Origin: Podarcis liolepis
Taxonomy: Eukaryota
Direction: 5' to 3' (one strand)
Assembly (NCBI GenBank): GCA_965112155.1
Contig: OZ218103.1
Length of the DNA: 64,000 nucleotides
Shown: positions 37,101 to 50,094 of the stretch, in pieces
How the letters are laid out: each line of letters opens with the position of its first letter
Position numbering within the stretch: the first letter of the stretch is position 1
Notes under the pieces: generated by a model
Database searches by the model: none
What the model saw: the letters and a program-made list of their open reading frames with translations, nothing else
Told to the model about the DNA's origin: nothing
Translations under genes and position numbers: made by a program

Positions 37101-38599
37101 ATACAAAATAATAGTACAATAATAAAAAATAGCTTATTACCAGCTCCTTATCTCCAAGGTCCATGCACCATCTACAGCAATGAAAACACAACATTAAAAA
37201 GAGTTTAAAACAATTTGCACTATAGTCTAGCATTATTTGTGAGAATCTTAGCTAATCAGCAAGGGCTAAATAACCCACTAGAAACTGACCTGCAGTCCAC
37301 CAGTGGAATATGGACTACATTTTGTCCAGCCTGGCTGTACATGATTCATAAGTGACATATGATATACACAGAGGAAAATCATCAGAGAATATGCTATATT
37401 CATTGCTGGGACTTCCAAACAAGTTAGAAGTTACTGTTTCGCAGCCTTTCCTCAGTTAGCAATCAGAGGTCTGCCCTCTGACCAAACTCTAAACACTGTG
37501 CCCTAAAATGGAAACTTGTCTGGGCTTGATAAAGCAGACAGAAACAATTTTGGGAGCCAAAAAAGACTTTGCCTTTAATCACAATTGTATGATTCAGCAT
37601 CCCTGGTGCCCATAATTCATTGTAATATCTGGATAAGCACACACTATGAGAGAGGATTGTGGGGGTAAAGTAAAGGAATGAGAAGGAGGCAGTGTATGGG
37701 TGTCCACGCACAAAAGCTGAATAAATGGTTTATCTGTTGATGCAGGCTGGGCCTGGAAAGTTTATCTTTGTGAAAGAGTTCTGTTTTTCATAGAGGAAAT
37801 GAGACAGCGAGAGTTTAATAGGAAATAAAAACACATAAAGAGAAACTAAGGAGGCCGGCCTGGAAAAATCCTATCCGTCCAGCTGTCTGGCCAGCTGTCC
37901 CAGACATGAGGAACAATTCCTGCAGCTGCTTTGCCATCACTGGTATCTCAAGTCTCCCTCCCCTCAACACGGAAAGGTGAAAATAAGGAGGTTTTGTATC
38001 ACCATCTGCAATTGCATGCCTGTCTTGACAATCTCTCCTTTCTTGACAATCTGGTGTAGACAGAAAACAGCTGCTCTGATTCACACCAGAACTGGTTGTG
38101 GAATAGACAAGAACCATGACAAGAGCTCATCAGAGTTATATGGTTTCCAAATAGCGAAGCGAGACACAGAAGGCTCCTAAACCTTTAAGAGCAGTATAAA
38201 ATAGAGGTGGGTAACCACTCTGTGCTGGGATCAAATAGTGAGGCATGGCAGGGTGATTTTATCCCTCCCTTCGGCTGAACTACAATATCAGCAAAGTGTC
38301 CTGAGTTAAGTCAGGGCGCCCACAAACCTGCTTTGCTACCCTACAAAATCTATCAGCTTTGCAAAACGAGGCTGTCTAAATGCTAGCTATAGAGGTCTGG
38401 ATGAGAAAAGGGAAAGCTTTGTTTAACATTTAAAAAAATGGACACTGCTCTTATGTTACACACATAAGTAAGCATCATTCTGGTGAGAATTATCAAAGCC
38501 CTCCACTGGTAACACAGGCCACCTGCTAATGTGCAATAAAGTATTATCCTTTTAGCTGCATGAGTCTGTCTAAGGCAGGGATGGGGAATCTGTGGCTCT

Positions 38600-38773
38600 N
38601 NNNNNNNNNNNNNNNNNNNNNNNNNNNNNNNNNNNNNNNNNNNNNNNNNNNNNNNNNNNNNNNNNNNNNNNNNNNNNNNNNNNNNNNNNNNNNNNNNNNN
38701 NNNNNNNNNNNNNNNNNNNNNNNNNNNNNNNNNNNNNNNNNNNNNNNNNNNNNNNNNNNNNNNNNNNNNNNNN
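38600..38773. other. Assembly gap (174 N)
   Basis: Run of N bases. Confidence 1.
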
Positions 38774-39240
38774 TCTGGCTGGGTTTCCCCAGCCACTCTG
38801 GGCGGCTTCCATAGAAACCAAAAAACACTAAAATATCATACATTAAAAACTTCCCTGAACAGGGCTGCCTTAAGATGTCTTCTGAATGTCAGGTAGTTGT
38901 TTATCATTTTGACATCTGATGGGAGGGCGTTCCACAGGGCGGGCGCCACTACCGAAGGGCCCTCTGCCTGGTTCCCTGTAGCTTTGCTTCTCGCAATGAG
39001 GGAACCACCAGAAGGGCCTCGGCGCTGGACCTCAGCGTCCGGGCAGAACGATGGGGGTGGAGATGCTCCTTCAGGTATACTGGGCGGAAGCCGTTTAGGG
39101 CTTTAAAGGTCAACACCAGCACTTTGAATTGTGCTCGGAAACGTACTGGGAGCCAATGTAGGTCTTTCAAGACCGGTGTTATGTGGTCTCGGCAGCCGCC
39201 CCCAGTCACCAGTCTAGCTGCCACATTCTGGATTAGCTGT
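38774..39240 (-). mobile_element. L2 LINE 3' fragment, young
   Basis: AARLVTG..RDHITPVLKDLHWLPVRFRAQFKVLVLTFKALNG (ORF 38949-39224). Confidence 0.95.
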
Positions 39241-39246
39241 AGTTAT

Positions 39247-39305
39247 CATCTATCTATCTATATATCTATCTATCTATCTATCTATCTATCATCTATCATC
39301 ATCAT
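39247..39305. repeat. (TCTA)n/(ATC)n microsatellite
   Basis: Direct observation. Confidence 0.9.
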
Positions 39306-39309
39306 CTAT

Positions 39310-39787
39310 ATTTATACACCACCTTTCCTTCCGAGAAGTTTAAGGTGATGTGCATTGTTATGTGCTGAAGATCTCACCCTGGGCCAGCAGGGGGATACTG
39401 TAGATACTTTTCACTCAGGTCCACATATGCAAATAAGGAATGGAAAGTGACGTTCAGTGATTGGATAGTTACAGAAAGTGGTTACTGTTGCTTTGTAGTC
39501 GACCTCTATATAAGCAGGTTGGCTGAACCCTTCAGCCCAGTTCTGTTCTGGCCTGTGAATAAACAAGAGCTGTTTGAAGAATTCCTGTGTTGTCTGATAT
39601 GTTCACCCACAAGCTAACATGCATGGTTCTCCTCCTCCCCATTTTATCCCCACAGCAACCCTGTGAGTTAAGTTAGGCTGAGAGATGTTGACTGCCCCAA
39701 GGCCACCTATGGCTGAGTTGGGATTTGAACACTGGTCTCCACTCCCAAGTCCTAGTAAAACACGCTAACCATTACACCACACTGGCT
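39310..39787 (-). mobile_element. tRNA-derived SINE (Squam3/MIR-like) interrupted by a solo LTR
   Basis: The minus strand starts AGCCAGTGTGGTGTAATGGTTAGCG...GTTCAAATCCC. The body is split at 39351-39624. Confidence 0.7.
39356..39619 (+). mobile_element. Solo LTR (264 bp) of an LTR retrotransposon
   Basis: TGTTA...TAACA termini. 5-bp TSD TGCAT at 39351-39355 and 39620-39624. TATATAA at 39507 and AATAAA at 39558. Confidence 0.88.
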
Positions 39788-41069
39788 TGTGTGCATGCTT
39801 GGCTGGGGCAGATGGGAGCTGGAGACCAACAACATCTAGAAGGTCACAAGTTCCCAATCTGTGCCAAAAAGATACATACTCTGGTGCTTTTTTGGGACAT
39901 GGCCACCATGTTGCTATTTTTGGTAATGAACGTGCATTAAAGTAGGTTGGGGATACAATACAAAAACCTGGACTTCAGAAGTAAAAGTACAAACCTACAG
40001 ACTTTTGAGTGTACTCTTGCTTAAGAACTCTATTATTAAACTTATTGTGCATTTAAACACATACACACACCAAACACCCTGTTTTTAAATACCAGCCATC
40101 TCTGAATATTTAGTTTACAATAATGAAGCAATTCCTTTAAAATGATGCAACACTAGAGAATAGACTTGTGCTAAGGAAAAACTTCCCGTGACTGAAATTG
40201 ACTCAGAATTTCTGGCTTCTAAACACATACTTGGCACATATCAGCAAATCATCTATAGCAATTTTCCATTTGTATCTGTGAGAAAAATGTTGCGCTCTTC
40301 ATTATGCTCCACATTTCAAATTGTCACTTTCCCTGGTGGGTGGGAGAAGGGTCACTGTTCCTCATTTCAACAGACAAGCTGTGCATATATATCTATGCAA
40401 AGCAGAGGTGGGAGAAGACAGCCTCTGAGAAATTTCATCAGCTCAAAAGTCAAAGAGCATCATTGGGCTGAAATCTGATAAGCTAATGAGTCTGAACACA
40501 AAGTGCGGTATTTTGTTTATATTTTCCACTACGCTCTTGCTTTTTCTTTCTGAGGGGGTAAACCAAGGCAGCTAACACAACACTATCAACAACAATTTGT
40601 AAGATGACAATTCAGACTCACAGAAACAGGATCAGGATGCCATATGATTACAATCTGGCAATTAGGCGCAAAATCTTTAATAGCTGGAAACACAGCTTAA
40701 AGCTAGCAGTACACTGGCCCAATTCACACTCATTGTAACCCATACTTAGTTGTTTACTGCTCTAGCTCTCAGAAGAAACAAGCATTTATCCCTATATTCT
40801 AATTGGGCCATGGTTTGTTTTGCTCAAACCGTTTTCAGTAAGCCAAGAACAAACTCTGGAAACCATCTAGAAGTTGTGGTTTGTTTGGAGTGTGACAAAC
40901 CACAGTCCCCACTATGGTTAACCATGATGTGTGAATGAGGCCACTGTCTAATACTACAGCTGCCTTTTACTGAGCAAAACTATTGATCCAACCAACGGGA
41001 TGTGTATAGATGCCAGAAGAGGATATATTTGTTAGATATTATCCTTCCTCCCTCATGTTTGTGAGTTCA

Positions 41070-41325
41070 GAGCCAGTGTGGTGTAGTGGTTAAGAGCGGT
41101 AGTCACGTAATCTGGGAAACCGGGTTCGCGTCTCCGCTCCTCCACATGCAGCTGCTGGGTGACCTTGGGCCAGTCACACTTCTGTGAAGTCTCTCAGCCC
41201 CACTCACCTCACAGAGTGTTTGTTGTGGGGGAGGAAGGGCAAGGAGAATGTTAGCCGCTTTGGGACTCCTGAAGGGGAGTGAAAGGCGGGATATCAAATC
41301 CAAACTCTTCTTCTTCTTCTTCTTC
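41070..41325 (+). mobile_element. Full-length Squam3-like tRNA SINE with a (CTT)n tail
   Basis: GCCAGTGTGGTGTAGTGGTTAAGAG head, GGTTCGCGTCTCC B box, L2-like 3' end and a (TTC)n tail. Confidence 0.85.
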
Positions 41326-42479
41326 AACAGAGTGTCATCCCTTTGCAGCTTAAAGGGAAACTTAGATAGGTTAGTTTTAGCCTTTTTAGTTTAAGTAATC
41401 CAGAATGCTTTAAGGCAGACTGGATTTTCCTGTTATTTCCCCCTTTTCTTCCCCTTAAAACAATAATCACACAAACAATCTTGTGTGCCCAGGCAGGTAG
41501 AAGATTATAGGGTTGCCATATTTTGAAGACCAAAAAAGAGAGGACAGATTTGCCAGTGGGAGAGGGGCATGTCCAGGAAAACCAAGACGTTTGGCAATCC
41601 TAGTATATAGCTATGCCTTCCCGCTGTCGGGGCACAGTGGGAGTGTCTTTCAGAGAGTCCTCTCTAGCAATCTCACATGAAAACACTGGGAGCTTCACCT
41701 CTTATCATGTGCCTATCTAGCAAAACATGAATTGTTGGTTTGACTGCATTTACATATCCCACACTAAGCCAGATCTATCTTTGCCTATTCTGGTAGCTGT
41801 CAGACCAGTCTTTCCAGCCCTACCACTTGGGACTCTTAGCTGGCCATACCGGGATCTGAACCTAGGACCTTCTGCATACACAGTTTGCACTTTACCCATG
41901 ACCCATGTACCTGCAGGTGTCCCACAGGCATCTGGTTGGCCACTGTGAGTCCAGGATGCTGGTTTGATGGCCTGATCCAGCAGATTCTTCTGATGTCCCT
42001 ATGATTTACAAAACAAACCTTTACACGCTGAGCACAGTGTCCAAGCATCCCTATCTTCTGGTAAATTGCTGCCTCTCTTTTGTCCTTATTTTTGCCTGTA
42101 GGAGATAACATCTTGGAATTTTGTTAGTATGAGTTGCTAAAGTTGCCATTCTGCAGTGTTTGGCTCCCTCCCCAGGATCTCTGGAAGTTAAATTTCTGAG
42201 TGGGTATTGATAATAGAAGGCTCTTATCTCTATTTATATGCAGAAGCATATAAATGTGCGCACACAAACACTTAATCACCATTCAGTGCACAACCTGCTA
42301 TTGCTAAAAGAAAAAGAAAAAAAGAGGTATATCGTAGATTACTCTAGGTAGCACAAACTGCATGACAAGTAAGTCTGTAGATTACATATGGCATGGCAAT
42401 TTATCAGGGGGTCAGGAGGAAGGTGGAGGATCTTACCAGCATTTCCTTGTCATGATCAAAGCATCTCCCATTAAGATTA

Positions 42480-43060
42480 GGTTGACAGTGACTTCCACCC
42501 TCTGCAGAGGCTGGATCCACCAACCTTCAGAGCATGATGGATCCAGTTGCTTTCCAGACAGCACTGGGGACTTTTCCTGCTGACAGGTCTGGTAATTCTA
42601 TTGAAGCCCTGTTTGCTCTGTAGAACATGGAAGTGTTCCATGGTAAAATTCAGTGACTGAATGTTCCACATGATAATAGGAGTTCTGCTTGCCAGATGGA
42701 ACAATCTCCTCCCACCTGTGCACACTGTGCTGTGGGTTCTCCTGCCCCCCAGAATCACCTACAGTAGCACCACCTTGAGCACTTCTGCTGCCTTGGGAAG
42801 CTGCTTCTCCACACAAGTGGAGGAAGACTCTACTGACGCCTTGGTGTCTTGTTCAGCAGAGCCTCACAGGGGGATATCAGACTGTTTACATGCTGGTCCA
42901 AAGGAACTGATGGAACTTTTAGTAGCTCACCATGATTTATTACATAGCATTTTGAGGATAAAATTGCCTGTTGAAGGAGGTCAGTTTCCATCAGTGGTCA
43001 GAGTGCTGTGCTGTCTGGTCAGATTACATGGTGCTTTAATATGATTAATATATTGTCACA
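42480..43060 (-). mobile_element. Highly decayed Ty3/Gypsy (Sushi-like) gag relic
   Basis: Minus-strand frames, joined across stops and frameshifts, give KFHQFL..DTK..VFLHLCGEAA..RRLFHL..SVTEF..QGF..CLE..IHHALKV. This follows the order of retrotransposon-gag motifs. A possible LTR end (TGTGACA on the minus strand) lies at about 43054. Confidence 0.4.
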
Positions 43061-45378
43061 GTTACAGGTATTCACGGGCTGTACATGTTGCAAAGTTATT
43101 TTACAGCAGGGAAGTGACTCCTTAACAAAATGCAAAATTAGTGTATGTGGCAGCAAAACTGCTTACCGCAAATAGTTACATCACTGTAGTGAAGGAATTT
43201 ACTGCATCCCTTAAAAAACACACACAAGAAAACAAAGAGGAATAAAAGGGGGTGAGAGAGCTATAGAGCTTAATGTCTAACCACATGACTTATTGAGATC
43301 TGAACAGTTTGTGTGATTAGACTGCAGTTAAGGCTTCAAACCTGTTTGCAGCATTTCTTCACTGAAAGCAAATTCCCCAGAATGTTACTTCTTGCAGAAG
43401 AGTGTAACAGGACAGTGTCTTGTCAAACTGTGTTTCAAGACATTGATTATGTTCATCTCCACAGCTGGGCTCCAAAAAAACTTTTTTGGTGTGCCAAAAT
43501 TGTCTTCTCCCCTGTTTTGGAAAGAGGGCTCCTCAACCATGTCCCAAAATCTTTTTTTGGAAGTCCCCACCATATGGCAGTGAGGACTGTTGTTCGAGGA
43601 GCCCAACCCCTGACCCCCCCCCCCCATGGTCAGATCCAAATCTAGATCAGATCTAGAGTTGCATGGCTCTTTATTGCCCTACCAACATATATAACTAACG
43701 CTGCAATCCCATCAGAGGCATACTTAGGGGAGCACAACCAATTCACTCACACTAGGCGCCTAGCCAAGAGGATGCTGCAGCAGTGATGTAGAATGGAAGA
43801 TGAGAGGTGGGAGGCACTGAATTTTAGAGTCACACAGGTTGCTGCTGAGATTTGAAAGCCCAAGATCCACCACTGATCCTATACCCATTTACCTGGGAGT
43901 AAGCACCACTCAACTAAGCAGAGCTTACTTTCAAGTAGACATGTATAAGCTTTCACTGACATACAAAGAGAAAAGCTGGCCTTTTCAGAAGTCCATTCAT
44001 CTATCAAGCCTACCTCCCACTTTGGAGCTACGCTACTGTTGATCCCAAAACTGCCTCATGCCCAATTCATGTCTGCTGTTTGTTTTCCCCCTCTGTTATA
44101 TTAGGGATCTTTTTTCAGTTGGTCATTTGACCTCCTTTACAAGTTTCTTTCTTTCTTCATCAGCGCTTAGTCCCATGGTGTCACACCCAGCTATGCTATG
44201 AGAGTGAAGGGAGGAGTGTGGCCAAGACCAGCGAACAGAGCAGGAAATGGCTTTGAGCCAGATGAAAATAAGAGCGGAAAAGGAAACTGGGAATGACTGA
44301 GAGATGATCATGCATCTGGCATAAAATCAAAGGCAGTGTTGCTGAAATCTAGACTCTGATCAAATCCCAGCATAATCCTTTTGATCAATGTGTAAGCTGT
44401 GACCCAGTCCTGTTCCTGGATTTATTGCCTCAGTTCCTCTGGGAAAGATTTTCAACTGCTCCGTATCCAAAATCAGAGTCAGATGTTGCTGAAGGATTTG
44501 GATTTTATTTAGGCACCAACCTATAGCATTTTCCACTGTTTCCATGGCTTGGGAAATTTGAGATCCATCCTGTTCCCTCTAGTCTATGCTGGATATGGCA
44601 CCTTAGCAGGATCTTTGGGATTCCCTCCACCCATCAGTGGCATGAAATGAGGAGGAGACACAAGGCCACTTGGCTTATCTAGTCACCACAAAGCAACCCA
44701 GTGGCTCCAGATTAAAATGTTTCATTTGGGGTTACAGATAGGTTAAGCTGAAGCAGATATACAGAATGAAAACTTAAAAGTTTTAAGTTCTAAATAGTCG
44801 ATGCAGAGTATTCTAAGCAACATGTTCATCTCAACTTTTTATTAAAACTAAACAAAATTAATTTTAACTGTTTGTTTTTAAATCAATGGGTGTACATCTT
44901 TTTTAAAAAGGAAGAAAAGAAACAAGAAAAACAACAAAATACACATCATGGTCATTGTAGGTATACAAAAGAAGAACAGCAGCATAGAGATTTTACAATT
45001 GTGTGTGTGTATCTGTGTGTAAATCAGTGAAAGAGCATTAACATCAAATTGTAAGGAAGCATTAGAGGGGAAATAGACAAATGAGGTAAGTCCTGGGTGA
45101 GGAAAACAAATGGGAAAAATACTAGTCAAAACGACTGCCAGGTGAATTCATAATTTGTGAGGACTATATTAACATAGGACTGATTCTTAAGGTCCATCAT
45201 AAAGATCCATCAAATACCAACATAATCTTCAGGTTCTGCAGTTCCCTACAGCACACACAGATTATAAGTAATTTTTTTCAGTTGCTGGAATATATACTAC
45301 CTTTTTGAGCCAATAACCAATTGTAAAATTTGAACCATCTTTCCACTCCTGGCCTATTTAATGGAAGGCTACCTCTAG

Positions 45379-45603
45379 CAGTGGTGTCCAAACTTTTTTC
45401 AAAGAGGGCCAGATCTGATGAAGTGAAGGGCCGTAAAGGCCGACCAAAGGGCCAACCAAAGTTGTTGACCTTTTTTTTAGAATTGAAGTTGTTGAGGGTT
45501 TTTTTTTTAGGATTTTACCCCAGGAAATAAACTGCCACAGGAGCTGGATTAAACTGACCAGCAGACCAGATTAGGCCCCCGAAACAGACTTTGGACATGT
45601 CTG
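45379..45603. mobile_element. hAT (Charlie-like) MITE
   Basis: Imperfect TIRs CAGTGGTGTCCAAA ... TTTGGACATGTCTG. Confidence 0.6.
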
Positions 45604-48600
45604 CTACAGGATAAAGGACAAGTGGTTTTAATGTTACTGATGAGTTGATGTCTTGAAATACAGAGAGCCAGATCTGGCTGGATTCAGTTACCAAGACTGC
45701 TCCTAATTTCCCCCATAACTGCAGTCCAGAAAGTATGGGGCCAATAGGCAGGTCCACCATAGGTGCCAATAAGTCCCTATGGCTCCACAGTGCCACCATC
45801 AGGATTTATTCCACACAAGCAACAGGACTTTTCCCCTCTCCTCCTGCCAATCTGCATTAGGGGGTTGTGGGAAACCCCAGAACACATATGGGGACACCCA
45901 CGAGATGTCCCATTTTGTGAGTGGACACTCTTCCCTTCATACATATGCCAATCAGCATTATGTTGCGTTCCAGCTTGAACAATTAGTATCCACTCTCACC
46001 ACTAATAAATTGACAAGTTGCTGAAAAGCTCTGCCCAGAAACTCCGAAGGTTTATTTTGTGACTTTCACATTTTGACATTTTGTGTTCTGGTTGGATTTT
46101 CATTTGCATGTATTTATTATGTCTACGTTTGGGAAATGGCCCTGAAATAATTGCCGAAACTATTTCCTCGTTGTTGAACAGGCATGCTGTTATATCCACA
46201 AACTACTTGGATTCTTAGCAGATTTATTATCTAAGTGTTGCCAAACAGCTCTTTGATGACGAGGCCACAAGTGATCTTGGATGGATTTGAACTGGTAGCA
46301 TAAAGCATTTCTGAGCATTGTTAGAGCCCTTTAGAGACTTTACTTTGATACACGGCAGGGTTTTAATGTGGCTTAGATGGTAAGCCTGCCACAAACCCGG
46401 CTCCATAAATCAGCCTCATTTTGTGCTTGCAGTGTGTTCCAGCTAGCTGATTCTATTCTACGACTGCTCATCCATTTCTGTTCCTTGCCCTTGTCTTGAA
46501 GTCTTTGCCTTTTGCTCCATCAAGCTGAGACCTCTGGGAGAGGCAGCTTTCTGCTTTTCTATGCTGTTTTTTGAGATCCGCTTATGCTCCCAGTTCTTTC
46601 TGCCCATCAAGCAAGTCTGGCATACTCCTTAAATTATGGATTCACTGGGATACAACTAGGACCAGAGTTTGATGTTCAGTTTTTTTGGGGGGAGGGGGTT
46701 TAAGCCAGTATGCTTTGACTGACCAAAATGCTTCCTGCCACACCCTAGCTCTGGCATGATTTAGGGTGTTCTAAGCAAACCACAAGAGTCTATATGTTAA
46801 AATGAGTAATATTACCATTTCATACATGGAAAAATATTCCATGGATATTGGCCTGAGCTTCAGACACTGTGAAGCTGCTATATACAAAACAAGTCTCTGG
46901 GAAATAAAAAAATGATATTTATAGGGGGAGCAGATAGAGAATACTGGTTGAGCCTTGAAAAAGTTACAGCTGCAATGAATCTGCTCCCAAAAATTCTCCA
47001 CAATATTCTCCTTTGTGCATTAGCTGTTCTCCGGGTGCTCCGTGTATGCTTGAATTTTGTCTAAATATTTGCTGTCTGTAACTTGACATATGTTATTTCA
47101 ATATTTAATGTCTGGCCATTTATATTTTGCAATATTTGAAAGCTGGATTGGTTTTAGCATTTGACAGGACGCAGTATAGATAGCTGATATGCAATCATAT
47201 ATCACAGTGGTTAGCAAATCATATACTTTCAGGGTACATATTCTACATTGGCATCTACCAAGAAACATCTGCATGGCTGCCACAGGATTCTGGAGCTTAT
47301 TCTAGGGTCATTTTGATTTCATGGAGTAGTGGGGAGAAAGCAGTATAGAAGCTCCTCTCCATGTCCACTGTGACCTGAAAGTGTTCCAAAAACACATCCA
47401 ACTTACTTTTTTAACGTGTGGCCATTGGGGAAGAACAGTAGCGGTTATCAAGCTGTCTTTCAGCTGTACTTCTCATAGTGGGACCCTTGATAAACTTCCG
47501 AAGAACCCAGGGTTCCCAAGAAGACAGCTTGCCAACTGCTGGCATGTCATGTTTGACAGCATTTGATGGCTGGCATGCAACAGAAGTTAATATTAGATGG
47601 CATTTGATAGTTAGCACATAGGAAAAATACAGCATTTGATGGATATACATGATCATTGACAGCTTATGATATTTCATATTCAAAGCCTCCATAAATCAAA
47701 GCAGCAATGAAATGTCAAGTAGTCTAAAGTTCTTCTATCTTAAAATCAGAGATTCAAACTTTGGGGGAGGAATTCAATGTAGTGCTAAGCAGATTGTTCC
47801 ACCAGTGCAAGCATTTCTGTGCTCTGCCCTCTCCCCAGCACCCAACAAACACACACCTGGTCAATTTTTGTGGTCTTCTGATAATGGGGCTCATTAGTTG
47901 ACATCCAGTGCTCATCAGCCCCAGGTGGTATGCATGTGCAGGAGTGCAGGATTTGGCTCTGCCAATGCATTTGCACTGCACCAACCTCCCCACCCAGTGA
48001 ATTGTTTCTGTTTGGAGCACCCCAGATTTCCCATCTCTGCTTAAGACCATAGTGGGTATGTCAAAGAGATCTATCACATGGGAGAATATTTCCTGGGTGA
48101 TCAAAACATGCAGCCATACTCTGTGGAGTAAGCAGAGGGGTTGACAGGAGGGGAAGTAATCTTCCAAGGTTTGACAAGTAGGCACCTGGAGATCAGCTAC
48201 TGACACATTTCCAACTCAGGCAATTAGAAATAAACAGGTGACACAACTAAGAGGATTTTCACATTCCTTCTTGTTAAAATGTGTGGGTTTTGATGGATGC
48301 ATAGCACCTGAGCAGTCTGCCAGCAGGAAACGGAGTAGGTACCGTAGCCCATTGGCAGATATAGGGATTCTTATAGTGGCAGGCTCAGCCCATTTCAACA
48401 TAGAGGTACAGATGTGTTCCTAGAAAGGGAGTAGGGAAATACTAAAATTTTCAAACTTTGAGGCAAGAATCTCATCTATCCTGAAGATTATCTCACAAGC
48501 CACTGGCCTTCCCACCTCCACCGTTGTCTTGCACCTCAAAAAAATGTGCTGTCTGTATTTGATGCTCAATTATTATTCTGACTTGAGAATTTTTTTTTAC

Positions 48601-49203
48601 TTAGGCAGATCAAATCCTTCTGTGGTCCCCTGCCCCATGCGAAGAAACCATCACATTTTTGCATGCAACTCAAACTCCACCTGCCTCTCTAGTTCTGGAG
48701 GATGACACAGCAGCTACAGAAGTAACATGGTGGGGAGGGTAAGACAGGTGCTTCTCATCTTTATGAGAAAAGGGGCCAGAGACCTGTCAGGGAAATAACC
48801 TGATAGTTCTGTGAAAGCCAGGCAGAAAGGGAAAGAACAGACCAAAGTAAAAAAACGATTCAGAAATGAACTTTGCAGCTGTCTTCCCCAACAAAAGCCC
48901 TTTAGTCCTTGGGCTCCAGGCTCTGCAAATGGAGCCAACGGCAACATTTGGGGATATGAGCTAGAAGCGAGTTATGTTTATTTTTTAGCACAGCCTCTGA
49001 AACAGTACACACATGTGAGCATAGCTGGGAGACACCCGAGCCAGAAGTACAGCTGGCATGCAAAAATGCAGAAAACCAAAAGGGAAAACTGTGTTGGAAG
49101 GAGAGAGGGGGGTTGATTTGCATCAGACTGAGGATCTAACCCAAGGAAACCTATGCAAGCTAACTTTCTTTCCCAAACTCTGAAATAATTCTGCAGGGCA
49201 GGG

Positions 49204-49456
49204 CAGGGCCATAGCTAGGGGGTGGTGAGGTGGGCTCCCGCCAGGGGCGCAGATAGGGAGGCGCAAAATTGGCTAAAATATGTCTATAAATAAAAATAAC
49301 AATTATCACCTCATAAGAAAAGGTTTTGAATAGAGGGTCATTATATGATATGCAGGGGCCCTATTTTCCCTGGGGGGGTTTTCTGTACCACATTCCCTAG
49401 GGGGAGCAATCTGGACGGTTCTGCCAGGGGCGCAAGATCACTTAGCTACGACTCTG
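49204..49456. mobile_element. hAT MITE
   Basis: TIRs CAGGGCCATAGCTA / TAGCTACGACTCTG. Internal duplicated GCCAGGGGCGCA. Confidence 0.65.
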
Positions 49457-49738
49457 GAGCCGGGCCACATTTTGCAACACATTCAACATTTCTGGTGCCC
49501 TGTTCACCACCTCTCTTCTATCCTGGGGTGAGTTATTTGAATAGTAAAGTCTGGTTTGGTCATCAGCCTAAATAGCCGTCTAGCTCAGAAATCCTGTTTC
49601 CAACAGTTGGTATATCCAGATACCTCTGAGAATTCCACAAACAGGGCATGAAGGCTGTAAGCAGCAGGGTTGTGCTGCCCTCAGTCCCACTCACAAGCAT
49701 TTGAGCAGGGCTGCTCATTTTTGTTAGCACCTCTAGAT

Positions 49739-50094
49739 CAGGGGCGGAGGAAGGGGGTGCAGTGGAGGCGGTTTGCCCCAGGTGTCACCACTGAGGGGGT
49801 GACAAAATGCCAGGCAGCACTCACCGTGGGGCCTGCAGCATGCTGGAGCCACGCGTCTCTCCTGGGAGAGACGTGGTAGCTTATGTGCGCAGGCCCTGCG
49901 CTTCCCCCAAACGGTCCGCCTGCCGCCTCCCCCTCAGCTGTAGGGCGGCTGAGTGGGAGGAGGCAGGAAGACTCCTCGGAGGCCCCACGGAGCATCCTGC
50001 CCCGGCTTGCCCCACTCTGTGGGTGGCTGGCCCTGCCCCTAGGCACAGGGCATGCCCGCTGCCCCAGGCGCCCAATCGGCTTGCTCCGCCACTG
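49739..50094. mobile_element. GC-rich hAT MITE
   Basis: TIRs CAGGGGCGGAG / CTCCGCCACTG. 8-bp TSD CTCTAGAT / CTCTGGAT. Confidence 0.85.

Noticed and set aside
38383-38843. ORFs spanning poly-X
   Set aside because: These are artefacts of the N gap.
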